Assembly: GCA_965217865.1 (NCBI GenBank)
Contig: CBDCJO010000002.1
Location: 5,536,001 to 5,600,000 of the forward strand
DNA length: 64,000 nt
Reading direction: 5' to 3'
Origin: Candidatus Latescibacterota bacterium
Lineage (GTDB): Bacteria > Latescibacterota > UBA2968 > SICM01
Below, in pieces: positions 10,157 to 20,721 of the stretch. The position numbers were made by a program, and so were the translations under genes. Below the pieces are notes generated by a model. The model was not told where the DNA came from and did not search any database. It was given only the letters and a program-made list of their open reading frames with translations. Positions within the stretch are counted from its first letter, which is position 1, and every line of letters begins with the position of its first letter.

Positions 10157-11410
10157 CTACAACCCGATCGCAGCGTCTATCTCCTGCTGGTAAACATCGA
10201 TCCTCCCGGCCTCAACATCCTTTATCAGGACCGAGGTCCTCGCGACGGAGGATTCCAGTATCGCGTAAACCAGGGCCACCGCCTTCGTGCCCGCGACGCC
10301 GTCCACCTCCGGGGGGCGATCGTTTAAAATCGACTCAGCGAACTCATAAAACTCCAGGGCGATTATCTTCAGATCCGCCTCGTCCCCGGAAAACTCGTAT
10401 TCCGCGGCTTTCCGTCCGAAAAGGGCCGACGTAACCGGGTCGTGGTCGAAATCAGGAATCAAATCCAAGATCTCGCGCCCCACCAGCTTCCTTTTCCCTT
10501 CGTCAAGATAGAGGATCGGAGGACGGCCGTTCCGTTCCCCTGGACATTCAATTCCCCCCTCAGTCCCGTAGACCCACCGCCTGAAAAATCTCATTCCCCT
10601 CGCTGCCTGGTCCAGCCTCCAGTCCACCGAGGCCCCGTTTGCCATTCGGATCGTCGCTGTGCTCAGATCCTCCGCGGTAGCACGAACCGTCTCCTCCATC
10701 TCCTTCAATCTACGTTTGTGAAATTCGTAAAGACGATCCGGAGCCGAGGAACGACGACGCACCTCTCTGACAAGATCCGCACAACCAAACACCGACTCCG
10801 CGTCCCCCAGGTAGTAGCGGATGATATCCGCGAAGTGGACGCCCATATCCAGGATGATCCCCCCCCGCAGCTTTATGTGGCGCCAGGGGGCAATAATGAT
10901 CAAGTCCGATCCCCCGACCGATTGGTGGATCATCCCATAAGGCCTCCCGATCAGCCCGTTATCCAAGATCCTCCTGATCAACCGGTTGACCGGGTCGCGG
11001 AGGTAGTTCTCGTTCACGGAGAGTTTGCATGCGTTCTTTTCAGCGGCATCGACCATGATTCGGCATGCCTTCACGGTCAGGCCCAGGGGCTTCTCGACCA
11101 TTACGTGGAGTCCGCGATCCATGGCCGCACAGGCGATGCGGTGGTGAAGACTGGGCTCGGTTACAATATCCACGGCTTGCAGGCCCTTGGACTCGTCCAT
11201 CATCTCTTCGAAATCCCCGAAGACCGCCGGGCGGCGGTCGAACAGCCGCTCGCACGTCAGTGCCGCCATCTCCGCATAGTCCAGCCGCAGATCGCATACC
11301 GATGCGATATCCACATTGGCAAGACCGGCCCGCTCGAGCTCCCGCAACCCGTAAAGGTGCCGGGTTCCCATGCCTCCGCAGCCGATCAGCCCTATCTGGA
11401 TTCGATCCAC
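10157..11410 (-). CDS. Gfo/Idh/MocA family oxidoreductase
   Basis: IGLIGCGGMG, HVMVEKP and GGIILDMGVH motifs. Confidence 0.9.
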   Translation of the reverse strand: MDRIQIGLIGCGGMGTRHLYGLRELERAGLANVDIASVCDLRLDYAEMAALTCERLFDRRPAVFGDFEEMMDESKGLQAVDIVTEPSLHHRIACAAMDRGLHVMVEKPLGLTVKACRIMVDAAEKNACKLSVNENYLRDPVNRLIRRILDNGLIGRPYGMIHQSVGGSDLIIIAPWRHIKLRGGIILDMGVHFADIIRYYLGDAESVFGCADLVREVRRRSSAPDRLYEFHKRRLKEMEETVRATAEDLSTATIRMANGASVDWRLDQAARGMRFFRRWVYGTEGGIECPGERNGRPPILYLDEGKRKLVGREILDLIPDFDHDPVTSALFGRKAAEYEFSGDEADLKIIALEFYEFAESILNDRPPEVDGVAGTKAVALVYAILESSVARTSVLIKDVEAGRIDVYQQEIDAAIGL

Positions 11411-11475
11411 AGGAACTCCATAAGGGTGTCAAACGTGAAAACACTAACGAAACCATGAATCCTACTTCGAGAATC

Positions 11476-11527
11476 GTGTGGGGGTATGGAAGAGAGAATG
11501 TCCTTCCTTAGGTCCATACTTCCACCC
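11476..11527. repeat. Inverted octamer repeat element (GTRTGGRR)
   Basis: GTGTGGGG GTATGGAA ... TCCATAC TTCCACCC. Confidence 0.55.
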
Positions 11528-11595
11528 GCTGACACCGAACTCCGGAACTGGGATTTTCTCGTTTCCCGCCTGCCGGCTCAAGTTTGCAGGCTTTT

Positions 11596-12447
11596 TTACT
11601 GGAAAGCGATGATCCGGCTGTAGACCTTTGTCGCAAATTTTCGGATCGTCGGACTTCGGTCCGACATGGCAAGTTTCAGGTATTCCAATCCCGCTTGTTC
11701 TCTGACCATTCCGAGGGACCCCACGATTTCCAGCTTCACGGCGGTGGACTTCTCCTCGGCAAAAGCCGCACCCAGGATATTCGCGACCCGCCGTTCCAGC
11801 ATTCCGATCTTGCCTAGGGAATCGGCCGCCATTCTCCGGACAGACTCATTCCGATCCCGAAGGGCCTCCGAAAGGGGCGGGATTGCGAACCGGGTCCCGA
11901 TCCGCTTCAGCATATCCACGGCCTCCAGCCGCACCGATACGCTGCGGTCCTTTCGAATAGCCTCCCCGAGGTAAGCGGAGGCAAAGGCCGTTCCGGCATT
12001 GCGATAGGCCTGTACGGTCCGTTTGCGAACGCTGTCGTCGGGATCGACCAGGGGGATATTCAAGACCTGAAGCACAATTCGGCTGTCCGGAAGGCTCCCG
12101 ATCTGACCGAGTGCCTTGACCGCTTCGATTCGGACGGCCTTGTCCTTCTCCTTCTCGACGTCCACAACGTCCCTAAGAATCATCACGCTGACCTGCCCGC
12201 CGATGTTCGCCAACCCTTTGATCGCCTGGATTCTTATAGACGGCTCTTTCTGTCGAATCTGTTCCTGAAGTTTCAGGATGACCTGCTGGTCCCTGGGAAC
12301 CGGCCCCATGGACAACCCCCGGGTCAGTTTCCGTTCTGCATCGAAATCCTGTTGTCCAAATGCCATCCCGCTCGTCAACAGGATATTGACGGCAATCGTT
12401 GCGCAACAAATTGCCAAGCAACCCGTTAATGATCTTTTTCCGATCAT
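11596..12447 (-). CDS. HEAT/PBS-lyase repeat protein with predicted signal peptide
   Basis: Probable start MIGKR at 12447, then a hydrophobic stretch ending AFG-Q; repeats of VRxxAxxaLGxIG. Confidence 0.8.
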   Translation of the reverse strand: MIGKRSLTGCLAICCATIAVNILLTSGMAFGQQDFDAERKLTRGLSMGPVPRDQQVILKLQEQIRQKEPSIRIQAIKGLANIGGQVSVMILRDVVDVEKEKDKAVRIEAVKALGQIGSLPDSRIVLQVLNIPLVDPDDSVRKRTVQAYRNAGTAFASAYLGEAIRKDRSVSVRLEAVDMLKRIGTRFAIPPLSEALRDRNESVRRMAADSLGKIGMLERRVANILGAAFAEEKSTAVKLEIVGSLGMVREQAGLEYLKLAMSDRSPTIRKFATKVYSRIIAFQ

Positions 12448-12451
12448 ACTA

Positions 12452-12479
12452 CAATCCTCAATCCGCAATCCTCAATTTG
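12452..12479. repeat. Heptamer tandem CAATCC(T/G)
   Basis: CAATCCT CAATCCG CAATCCT CAATTTG at the gene junction. Confidence 0.65.
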
Positions 12480-14301
12480 AATGCCCCGCAGCAGCAGCAG
12501 CTGGGACCTCCTGACCTTTGTACTGTAGCTCATACAGACGGTGGTAGATTCCGCGGGCAGATATCAGCTCTTCGTGAGATCCCACTTCCGCCACCCGGCC
12601 GCGGTGTAGAACGACGATCCGGTCGGCATTGCGGATCGTCGAGAGCCGATGTGCGATGACCAGCGATGTGCGCCCCTTCATCAGCCGGGCGACCGCCTCC
12701 TGGATTAATGCTTCGGTTTCAGAGTCGATGTTCGAGGTGGCCTCATCCAGCACAAGAATGTCCGGATCGAACGCGATTACTCGTGAGAGCGACAGGAGCT
12801 GTCGCTGGCCCGTGGACAGGGAATTCCCCCGTTCGCCCACCTCTTCATCGTATCCGTCCGGGAGCTTCTCGATAAAGCCGGAGGGCGTTCACCTCTTCGG
12901 CGGCCTGTTTAATTCGTTCATTCCCGATCCCCTTCTCGCCCAGCCGGATGTTCGACGAAACCTTCCCTGAAAACAGGAAGACATCCTGATGCACGACCCC
13001 GATTCGAGTGCGCAGGGCCTTTGCATCCCACGTCTTCACGTCATGCCCATCGACCCGGACTTCCCCCAACTGCACCTCATAGAATCGGCACAGGAGATTG
13101 ATGAGTGTTGATTTCCCTGCACCCGTGGCCCCAACGATCGCCACGCTCTCCCCCGGCTCGACACGGAATGAAACCCCTTTCAATACGTAACCGTCATTTT
13201 CGTAGGCGAACCAGACATCATCAAACGATATACTTCCTTTGACGCGTTCCGCCTTGACCTCCCCCTCCTGCCGCTCCGGCGGTGTGTCCAGGAGTTCGAA
13301 GATTCGTTCGGACGAGGCCATCGCTGACTGGAGGACATTATATTTTTCGCTCAACTCTCGAATCGGCCAGAAGAATCGCTGGATGTACTGGATGAACGCA
13401 AACAGGACACCCACGGATACCTTCGACTGCACAGCCATCCCCCCACCATACCAGATGACCAAAGCAATGGCCCCGGAGGAAATCACTTCAATCCCGGGGA
13501 AAAAGATCGAGGAGGTCGTGACCGCTTCCATACGCGTCTTAAAATACGCCCGATTGATCCCATCGAACAATCTCCAGTTGCGCAGCTCGCGAGTGAAAAG
13601 CTGCACAACCTCCATCCCGGTGATGTTTTCCTGGAGGAAGGCGTTCATCCTGGCGAATTTTGTCCGGCTCGCCCTGTAGGAGATCCGTACCCGCCGCCGA
13701 AACCAGATGGTCAGGGCGAGGAGTGCCGGGAGGATCGAAAGGGTCACGATAGCAAGACCTGCGTGAAGGTGGAACATCAATCCCACGATCAGGGTGAGTG
13801 TAAGCAGGTCTCCTAAAACGGTCACAACCCCAGATGTGAACATCTCTTCCAGAGTCTGAACATCATTTGTGGCGCGCGTCATCAGTCGTCCGACCGGATT
13901 CCGGTCGAAGTAAGAGATCGGCAACCTCTGGAGGTGCCCGAACACCTGTTTTCGGATGTCGTACGTCACCCTCTGGCCCATCATCTGTGTCGTGTATCGC
14001 TGGGCATAGTCTGTCACGAATTGCACGACCAGGAGGAAAATGAAAGCCATCGCAATGCGGTCGAGCCCGTCCAGGTCACGCGGGACGATATAATTGTCCA
14101 CCGCGATTTTGGTCAGGTAAGGCCCCGCCTGTCTGGCCAGCTGCGTTAGGCCGATCAATACTGCCGCGAAAGCCAGATGCCGCTTGTAAGGTGCGAGGTA
14201 AGCCAGGAGACGCCTGGTCAGGGTGCTGTCGTACGACTATGGATCGGCTCTTCGTCTTGCCAGTCTCCGCCTGTTCGTTCCCCCGTACCGATATTTCTCA
14301 T
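12472..14301 (-). pseudogene. ABC exporter subunit (TMD+NBD, consensus site), frameshifted
   Basis: [23 protein letters not shown] and IAHRL motifs; frameshifts near 14238 and 12880 join the ORF pieces; start ATG overlaps the upstream TGA. Confidence 0.8.
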
Positions 14302-16187
14302 CCCATTCTCTCCAGATTCGATATCAACGCCTGCCGATGGGCCATGTCCGCATAAATCCCGCCCGCAGCGACCAGTTCCTCGTGTGTGCCCTGGGCCGAC
14401 GATCCGCCCCTCATCCATCACCACGATCAGGTCCGCATCCTTAATCGTCAGGATCCGATGTGCGACGACCAGGCAAGTCCGACCCTTCATCTCTTCCCTG
14501 AGACCGGCCAGGATATCCTCCGCGGTGTGGGTGTGGGTATCCACGCTCGACAGGGCGTCATCAAGGATCAAAATAGAAGGATCACGGATGATCGCACGGG
14601 CAAGGGCAGTTCTCTGGCGCTGCCCCCCCGATAGGGTGACCCCTCGTTCTCCCACCAGCGTCCCGAACCTGTTCGGAAATTCTGATATATCCTTCGAGAG
14701 CTGGGCGACATCGGCAGACCTTCGCAAGGGCCGGTCTTCATCCTGAGTGGGGTGCGGAGGTGGACCCGATGGATCATCAACCTCTTTCCTGGAAAAATCC
14801 TCCGGGAACCCGAAAGTAACATTCTTTCGAAGGTTATCTGAGAAGAGAAAGGTGTCCTGTGTGGGACGAAACCGATATGGTTCCGGAGAATCCTCAGCGG
14901 GATCCGTTCGATATCTACCCCGTCGATCAGGACCTGCCCCGGTCCCCCCTTGATCATACGGGGGATCAACCTTGCAAACGTGGTCTTTCCGCAGCCAACC
15001 CTCCCCACAAGGCCCACGAAAGCCCCGGCGGGGATCCTCAGATCGATGTCCCGCAGGACCGGCCGCCCATTGTAGGCGAAGTTTAGCCCCCGAAACTCGA
15101 TCTCTCCGCGAATATTCCGGATCTTCCAGTCGACCTTCAGGTCTTGAATCTCCGGCTCTATCGCCAGGATTTCGTTTATCCGCTTCATAGAAGCGGTCCC
15201 CCTCTGATAGAGATCCATCACCCAGCCAACCGCGATCATCGGAAAGATCAGCAGCAGCAGGAAACCGTTAAAGGCGACGAACTGACCCAGTGTAAGCTCA
15301 TCTTGTATCACCATCCTTCCTCCGATCCAGAGGATCGTGGCGACGCAAGTCCCCCCCAGAATGAACATCAGGGGAAAAAATATACTCCTGAGAATCACCA
15401 GGGCCCGGTTCTTTTCCAGGAAAGCCTTATTCAGAAGGGCATAGGCCGATATTTCATTCTCCTCCTGCGCATAGGCCTTTACCACGCGCATCCCGGAGAG
15501 GTTTTCCTGCACTCTTGCACTGATCAGGGAGAAATGATCCTGAATGTCACGGAATTAGATGTGCACCCGCGACGAGAGACGATTGACAACCACCGAAAAA
15601 ACCGGTAGCGGCAGGAGGGCGTAGATTGTCAGTGGGACGTTAATCGTCAGCATCACCCCCAGACTTGCGGTGAACAGGATGGCCGCCTCCAGCGAAAACC
15701 GCAACCCCATACCCAGAAACATCCGGACTGCCTCCAGGTCGTTCGTTGCACGGGCCATAAGATCACCCGTGGGTGTCTTTTGAAATGTCGATAGGGACAA
15801 TTTCAGAAGATGTGCGAAGAAATCGTTCCGGATATCGTATTCCACGTAACGGGCCATTCCGTTCAACACTTTTCGCATTCCGAACCGGAAAACACCCCCG
15901 ATTATCGCCAGGGACAAAAACAAGATCGCAAAAAACGGGATGTCATTCAGATCGGTCCCCCAAAACCTCTCAACTCCGCCGCGGATACCGAGCACCAGGT
16001 TGGTGACGTGACCCGGCATCATCTCCTCATCGGTGATGACATCCACGGCTCGCTCGAGGACAAGCGGTCCCAGAATCGTCAGGCCCTGGGCCGTAAGGGC
16101 ACAAACACATCCCAGTGCGATGTAGAGACGGTACGGGCGAAGATAGCGACCGAACAGGGTCACTGGCGTCAATGAAAGATCAGACAT
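14298..16187 (-). pseudogene. ABC exporter subunit (TMD+NBD, degenerate LDD site), disrupted
   Basis: [26 protein letters not shown] and ILILDD motifs; in-frame TAA at 15555-15557, +2 near 14860, 6-bp duplication near 14530, +1 near 14395. Confidence 0.8.
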
Positions 16188-16348
16188 TTAGATGATGAAT
16201 GAAAGATGGGTAAGGCATTCGCAGGGAACGAATCACACGGGACTTTCGGGTATAAACAGAGGGGGGCGATCGAGGGTGCCGTGGCGTCAAAATTTTAATA
16301 CGGGCTCGGAAACACGGTTGTGTCCTTTTAGGATTGAGTTAATTCCCT

Positions 16349-17674
16349 TTAATTTGGGCTCGAGGTGGTGTCGTCCGGAAGTCCAAAGTGCTCGATCGGG
16401 TTGTCATAGAGCAATCTTCGGGCGATCCAGATGGCCTGATCCTCAGTGAAGTAGGATTGCTCCACCTTTTCGGAAAGACACTCCGCTAGAGCGCGGGTGT
16501 AGACAGCGACCTTGGCCACGGTCCACTCGCAATAGTAAGAATCGGAAAAAAATCCGTTCAATTTCACGACCGGGATCATCTCCAACCTCTCCCGGATCGC
16601 CTCCCGAATGGCCCCCGGGTAGAAAGTGAACCACCATTGACCCGATATCACGCAGTTTGGGAACAACTTCCCCATGCCCGCCAGTTCGTGCATCTGAACC
16701 CTATTCAAGATGCAAAGATCGAATGTGACATCGGGATATCGGTTCAACAGGTCTCTCAGAGTTTTCAGCATTCCCGGGTTAACGGAGAAGAGGTCCCCCC
16801 CGTTGGGTGCGGGATTCAGGTAGACCGCACGATCAACGCCCAACATGACCTGAAATACGAGCTCATTATCCTGGCAAAATTCCGTATAAGTATAGAAGAG
16901 GTGTGCCTGGAGACGCTTGAACTCTTCGTCGGAGAGACGCGTTCCAGAGAGTACCCTGTCGAAAATCCGATCCGCATCCCCTTCGTCTACAGGAAATGCC
17001 GGGAACTCGGGCGTCAGGGAGATTGCCGAGGAGCGTGCCCCGTAGTCATTCCGGAATCGATGGTAGATGCTTCCCACGGCACTCTTGAAATCGGAAAGAC
17101 TACCGACGTTCATCCCGGCCGCCTTTTCTACCGATTGGACGGTCTCCAACCGGTCGCACGCCAGAACGAGGGGATCGATCCGCAATGCGGGGGCGAACAT
17201 CGACCGATCATATCCGGAAAGATCTTCGTCGTAGCTGTTCGTTAACATGGTACGCTTCACACCAAGGGTTTCCTCAATGACCTGTTTGTGCCAAACTGGA
17301 CCTGAACAACGTTCTTTAGAACTCTCGAAGACATCCTCCCACGTCGCTTCCCCGAACGCCCCCTTCAGTCCGAAGAGGGTCCGGCATATCTCCTCAAAAC
17401 CCCACCAGGTGGCCGTATTGGAGATGCGAGAGAGGTAAGGCAGTGCTTCTCGGATCCGGTCCCTACCGGTCTTCGCACCCAGGAGGGTCTGGTGAGGCAT
17501 ACCTGCACTCAGGAGTTCCGACATGATGTAGTGGTAACCGAAGATGTCGGAGATGTCATCCGCCGCCGGGTGATCCCATCGAAGGTGGGTGTGGCAGTCG
17601 ATGATCGGTATCCGCCTCACCTCGGCTAGGAGGCGTTCCAAAAGGTCCTTTGACTGCATAGCCTTAACCGTCAC
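16349..17674 (-). CDS. uxaC: Uronate isomerase-like amidohydrolase
   Basis: IIDCHTH metal motif, YHYIMSEL, WWF and FFSDSY motifs. Confidence 0.7.
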   Translation of the reverse strand: MTVKAMQSKDLLERLLAEVRRIPIIDCHTHLRWDHPAADDISDIFGYHYIMSELLSAGMPHQTLLGAKTGRDRIREALPYLSRISNTATWWGFEEICRTLFGLKGAFGEATWEDVFESSKERCSGPVWHKQVIEETLGVKRTMLTNSYDEDLSGYDRSMFAPALRIDPLVLACDRLETVQSVEKAAGMNVGSLSDFKSAVGSIYHRFRNDYGARSSAISLTPEFPAFPVDEGDADRIFDRVLSGTRLSDEEFKRLQAHLFYTYTEFCQDNELVFQVMLGVDRAVYLNPAPNGGDLFSVNPGMLKTLRDLLNRYPDVTFDLCILNRVQMHELAGMGKLFPNCVISGQWWFTFYPGAIREAIRERLEMIPVVKLNGFFSDSYYCEWTVAKVAVYTRALAECLSEKVEQSYFTEDQAIWIARRLLYDNPIEHFGLPDDTTSSPN

Positions 17675-17675
17675 A

Positions 17676-17736
17676 GTGAAACATCAAACGTCAAGCAAAT
17701 AAAGATCCCTTTCGCTTTTCTTATTTGACGTTTCAA
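17676..17736. repeat. Inverted heptamer element overlapping the rimO 3' end
   Basis: GTGAAAC ATCAAAC GTCAAGC ... TTTGAC GTTTCAAG. Confidence 0.65.
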
Positions 17737-19066
17737 GGCTTAATCCCTGGATCTGCAGGAGCTCCTGGCCAACCACCCGGCCTTCCAGATCATAATCACC
17801 TGCTTCAGTCACTTCCACTTCCACAAAATCCCCTACCTCTCCCGGTCCCTTCACCATAACCTGTCCATCGATCTCGGGGGCATCCATTCTGGTACGCCCT
17901 GTGAAATCGAATCCTGGGTCTTCGGATTCGGAATCGATAAGCACGTTGAAACGGCGGCCCACGAGACCCCCGTTGAAATCCATCGAGACCTCCCGCTGGA
18001 TATCCATCAGCTGCTCTAGCCGGCTGTGCTTGGCCTCCTCCGACACGGTGTCGATCATCAAACCGGCAGGGGTACCGTCCTCGGAGGAGTATTGAAATAC
18101 CCCGAGTCTCTCGAACCGGGTCTCCCGTATGAAATCGGAAAGGGAATCGAAATCAGTTTCGGTTTCACCCGGAAAACCCACGATAACAGATGTTCTCAAG
18201 ACAAGATGAGGTATCCGGTCTCGAAGGCGATTCACAAGGCTTCGGATCGATCGTTCCGTTGTTCCTCTTCGCATGGCCTTCAAGACTGGATCGGAGATAT
18301 GCTGAATCGGCATGTCCACGTACCCACAGAGTCGCTCCTCGTTCGCAAGGAGGTCGATCAACTCCTCACGCCACCCGGACGGATAGGTATAGTGAAGCCT
18401 GAGCCATGCCAGCCTCTTGATCTCCAGAAGGGCTTCGATAAGATCAACCAGCCGGGGGCGGCCATAGATGTCGGCTCCATAGCGCATCGTATCCTGGGAG
18501 ACAAGGGCAAGCTCCTTGACCCCTGAATCCACGAGACGTTCCGCTTCGCTTACGAGATCCTCGATGGTCATGCTCCGGTTCCGGCCTTTGATCCCCGGTA
18601 TGGCGCAGAACGTACATGTGCGGTCACACCCGTCGGAGATCCGGAGGTAAGCCCAGTGTCCCGGTGTGGTCAGCTTCCGTCCGCCGTCCCGATAGGTCGG
18701 ACGATCCCCCTTTTCCAACAGATCATCACAGTGCATGACGATGTCCCGCTCATCCGCCAAGCCCAGGATGCGATCCGCCTCAGTTAATTCATCACTCAAC
18801 TCTTTTTTGTATCGTTCTGCAAGACAACCTGTTACGATTAACCCCCTGCACCGTCCGTCCCGTTTCTGCCCCGCGGCTTCGATGATTGTATCGATAGATT
18901 CCCGTTTGGCGGGTTCAATAAATCCGCAGGTGTTGATGATGATGATATCCGCCTCGGGTGCGTGGCTCGTCAGTTCGTACCCGTTGATCTCCAGCAGATG
19001 AAGCATTCGTTCGGAGTCCACGTCATTTTTAGGACACCCGAGGGTGGTGATGTTGACCTTTTCCAT
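17684..19066 (-). CDS. rimO: Ribosomal protein S12 methylthiotransferase
   Basis: TLGCPKNDVDSE, NTCGFI, GCLAERY, radical SAM CDRTCTFC and TRAM domain DAPEIDG. Confidence 0.95.
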   Translation of the reverse strand: MEKVNITTLGCPKNDVDSERMLHLLEINGYELTSHAPEADIIIINTCGFIEPAKRESIDTIIEAAGQKRDGRCRGLIVTGCLAERYKKELSDELTEADRILGLADERDIVMHCDDLLEKGDRPTYRDGGRKLTTPGHWAYLRISDGCDRTCTFCAIPGIKGRNRSMTIEDLVSEAERLVDSGVKELALVSQDTMRYGADIYGRPRLVDLIEALLEIKRLAWLRLHYTYPSGWREELIDLLANEERLCGYVDMPIQHISDPVLKAMRRGTTERSIRSLVNRLRDRIPHLVLRTSVIVGFPGETETDFDSLSDFIRETRFERLGVFQYSSEDGTPAGLMIDTVSEEAKHSRLEQLMDIQREVSMDFNGGLVGRRFNVLIDSESEDPGFDFTGRTRMDAPEIDGQVMVKGPGEVGDFVEVEVTEAGDYDLEGRVVGQELLQIQGLSLETSNKKSERDLYLLDV

Positions 19067-19080
19067 AACGAGAGCTTCCA

Positions 19081-19109
19081 GACTTTTGACTTTTGACTTT
19101 TGACTTTTT
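19081..19109. repeat. Perfect heptamer tandem (GACTTTT)x4
   Basis: GACTTTT GACTTTT GACTTTT GACTTTT in the rimO leader. Confidence 0.85.
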
Positions 19110-19110
19110 G

Positions 19111-19139
19111 AATCTATGCCATAACGTTGACGGAGTCAA
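19111..19139 (-). promoter_or_regulatory. Sigma70-type promoter for rimO
   Basis: TTGACT-N17-TAGATT on the minus strand. Confidence 0.6.
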
Positions 19140-19169
19140 GCGCCTTAAAGAGAAACCGGTTAAAATCGC

Positions 19170-19198
19170 TTGCTTTTCGCCCCTTATGTGAGTAAATT
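19170..19198 (+). promoter_or_regulatory. Sigma70-type promoter for rpmB
   Basis: TTGCTT-N17-TAAATT, followed by AGGAG Shine-Dalgarno. Confidence 0.55.
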
Positions 19199-19225
19199 TG
19201 AATTTCAACTTACAGGAGACCATTC

Positions 19226-19417
19226 ATGGCATTTAAGTGTGATATTTGTGGGAAAGGTCCGATGACGGGCCATAACGTCAGTCACGCTAAAAATCGAACC
19301 AGACGGCGGTTCCTTCCGAACCTCAAGCGTGTCCGGGTGGTGGTGGAAAAGACCAGAAAAAGGTTGTGGGTCTGCACAAGATGCATCAAGTCTGGACGGA
19401 TCGCCAAGGCGGCGTGA
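19226..19417 (+). CDS. rpmB: 50S ribosomal protein L28 (Zn-ribbon type)
   Basis: [29 protein letters not shown]...VCTRCIKSG. Confidence 0.97.
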   Translation: MAFKCDICGKGPMTGHNVSHAKNRTRRRFLPNLKRVRVVVEKTRKRLWVCTRCIKSGRIAKAA

Positions 19418-19444
19418 ACCGCTTACCCCCGTTGATCCATCCTC

Positions 19445-19474
19445 AAAGCCCACCGGTAGATGGTGGGCTTTTTT
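19445..19474 (+). terminator. Intrinsic terminator of rpmB
   Basis: AAAGCCCACC-ggtagat-GGTGGGCTTTTTT. Confidence 0.85.
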
Positions 19475-19611
19475 GTTGGCCGTTTCCCTCAATCTCAAGT
19501 TGACTTTGGGGTCCTTATCCTATATTTTGAAAATGAGCACAATTGGGGATTTGAAAATCCGGACATCCTATTTGAAATCAACAATTCAATCCGAATTTTT
19601 CCAATAATCCT

Positions 19612-20583
19612 ATGGCTTTCCCTAAAATTCGTCTTCGGAGACTTCGGCGTAACGAGACCCTTCGCAGGATGATCCGCGAGAATCATCTCTCTGTGGACGA
19701 CCTGATCATGCCCCTCTTCGTCTGTCCCGGCCAAAGAGTCCGAAATGAGATCGGATCGATGCCTGGGAATTATCAGATGTCGATTGATGTGCTCGTCGAA
19801 GAATGTCGAACCGTAGCAGACCTCGGGATTCCAGCCGTGATCCTGTTCGGAATCCCCGAGCAAAAGGACGAACTCGGTTCGGAGGGCTACACCGAACGTG
19901 GAATCATCCAACAGGCAATTCCGGAGATCAAGGAGAGCGCTCCTGATCTTTGTGTGATCACGGATGTCTGTCTTTGCGAGTATACAAGCCACGGACACTG
20001 CGGAGTCATTAAGTCCGGGGACGTGGACAATGATGCGACTGTGGATCTGCTGGTTAAAGAAGCCGTCTCTCACGCCGCTGCAGGAGCCGACATGGTCGCC
20101 CCTTCTGACATGATGGATGGACGGGTAGGCGCGATCCGTGGCTCCCTTGACAAGGAGGGTTACAGCCACATTCCGGTTATGGCCTATGCGGCGAAGTTCT
20201 GCTCGGGGTTTTACGGACCCTTCAGGGAGGCTGCAGAATCAGCCCCGAAATTCGGGGACCGGAGGTCCTATCAGATGGATCCCGCCAACGGGGACGAAGC
20301 CCTCCGGGAAGTAGCCTTAGATCTGGAGGAAGGCGCCGACATCGTGATGGTAAAGCCCGCTCTTGCCTACCTGGATCTGATTCGCCGGGTCAAGGACCGG
20401 TTTGGCGTCCCTGTTGCGGCCTATAATGTGAGCGGGGAGTTCTCGATGGTCAAAGCTGCGTCCCAGATGGGCTGGATTGACGAAGACCGGATCGTAGACG
20501 AAATCCTCATCTCGATAAAACGCGCCGGGGCGGATCTCATCCTCACCTACTTTGCAAAAGATATCGCAAGGAAAATCGGATAG
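19612..20583 (+). CDS. hemB: Porphobilinogen synthase (Zn-type)
   Basis: [37 protein letters not shown] and YNVSGE motifs. Confidence 0.97.
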   Translation: MAFPKIRLRRLRRNETLRRMIRENHLSVDDLIMPLFVCPGQRVRNEIGSMPGNYQMSIDVLVEECRTVADLGIPAVILFGIPEQKDELGSEGYTERGIIQQAIPEIKESAPDLCVITDVCLCEYTSHGHCGVIKSGDVDNDATVDLLVKEAVSHAAAGADMVAPSDMMDGRVGAIRGSLDKEGYSHIPVMAYAAKFCSGFYGPFREAAESAPKFGDRRSYQMDPANGDEALREVALDLEEGADIVMVKPALAYLDLIRRVKDRFGVPVAAYNVSGEFSMVKAASQMGWIDEDRIVDEILISIKRAGADLILTYFAKDIARKIG

Positions 20584-20721
20584 AAATCGGGTGTCGCTAA
20601 CGCGGATCAGGGCGCCGCACCCGATCCCTATCCCTTACCCAATGAAACCTAGTCCCGGGATGACGGGCAGTGTGGACCCGATCCCTGAAAACTGGACCCG
20701 CTTTTCAAGGAGGAATTCGAC

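Noticed and set aside
12845-15557. Programmed frameshifting or readthrough in the ABC genes
   Set aside because: The lesions are many and heterogeneous, with no slippery heptamers; decay or sequence error is simpler
20586-20660. Intact tRNA or known riboswitch before prs
   Set aside because: No anticodon arm or GTTCRA T-loop, and no match by eye to ykkC/PRPP, ZTP or SAH consensus
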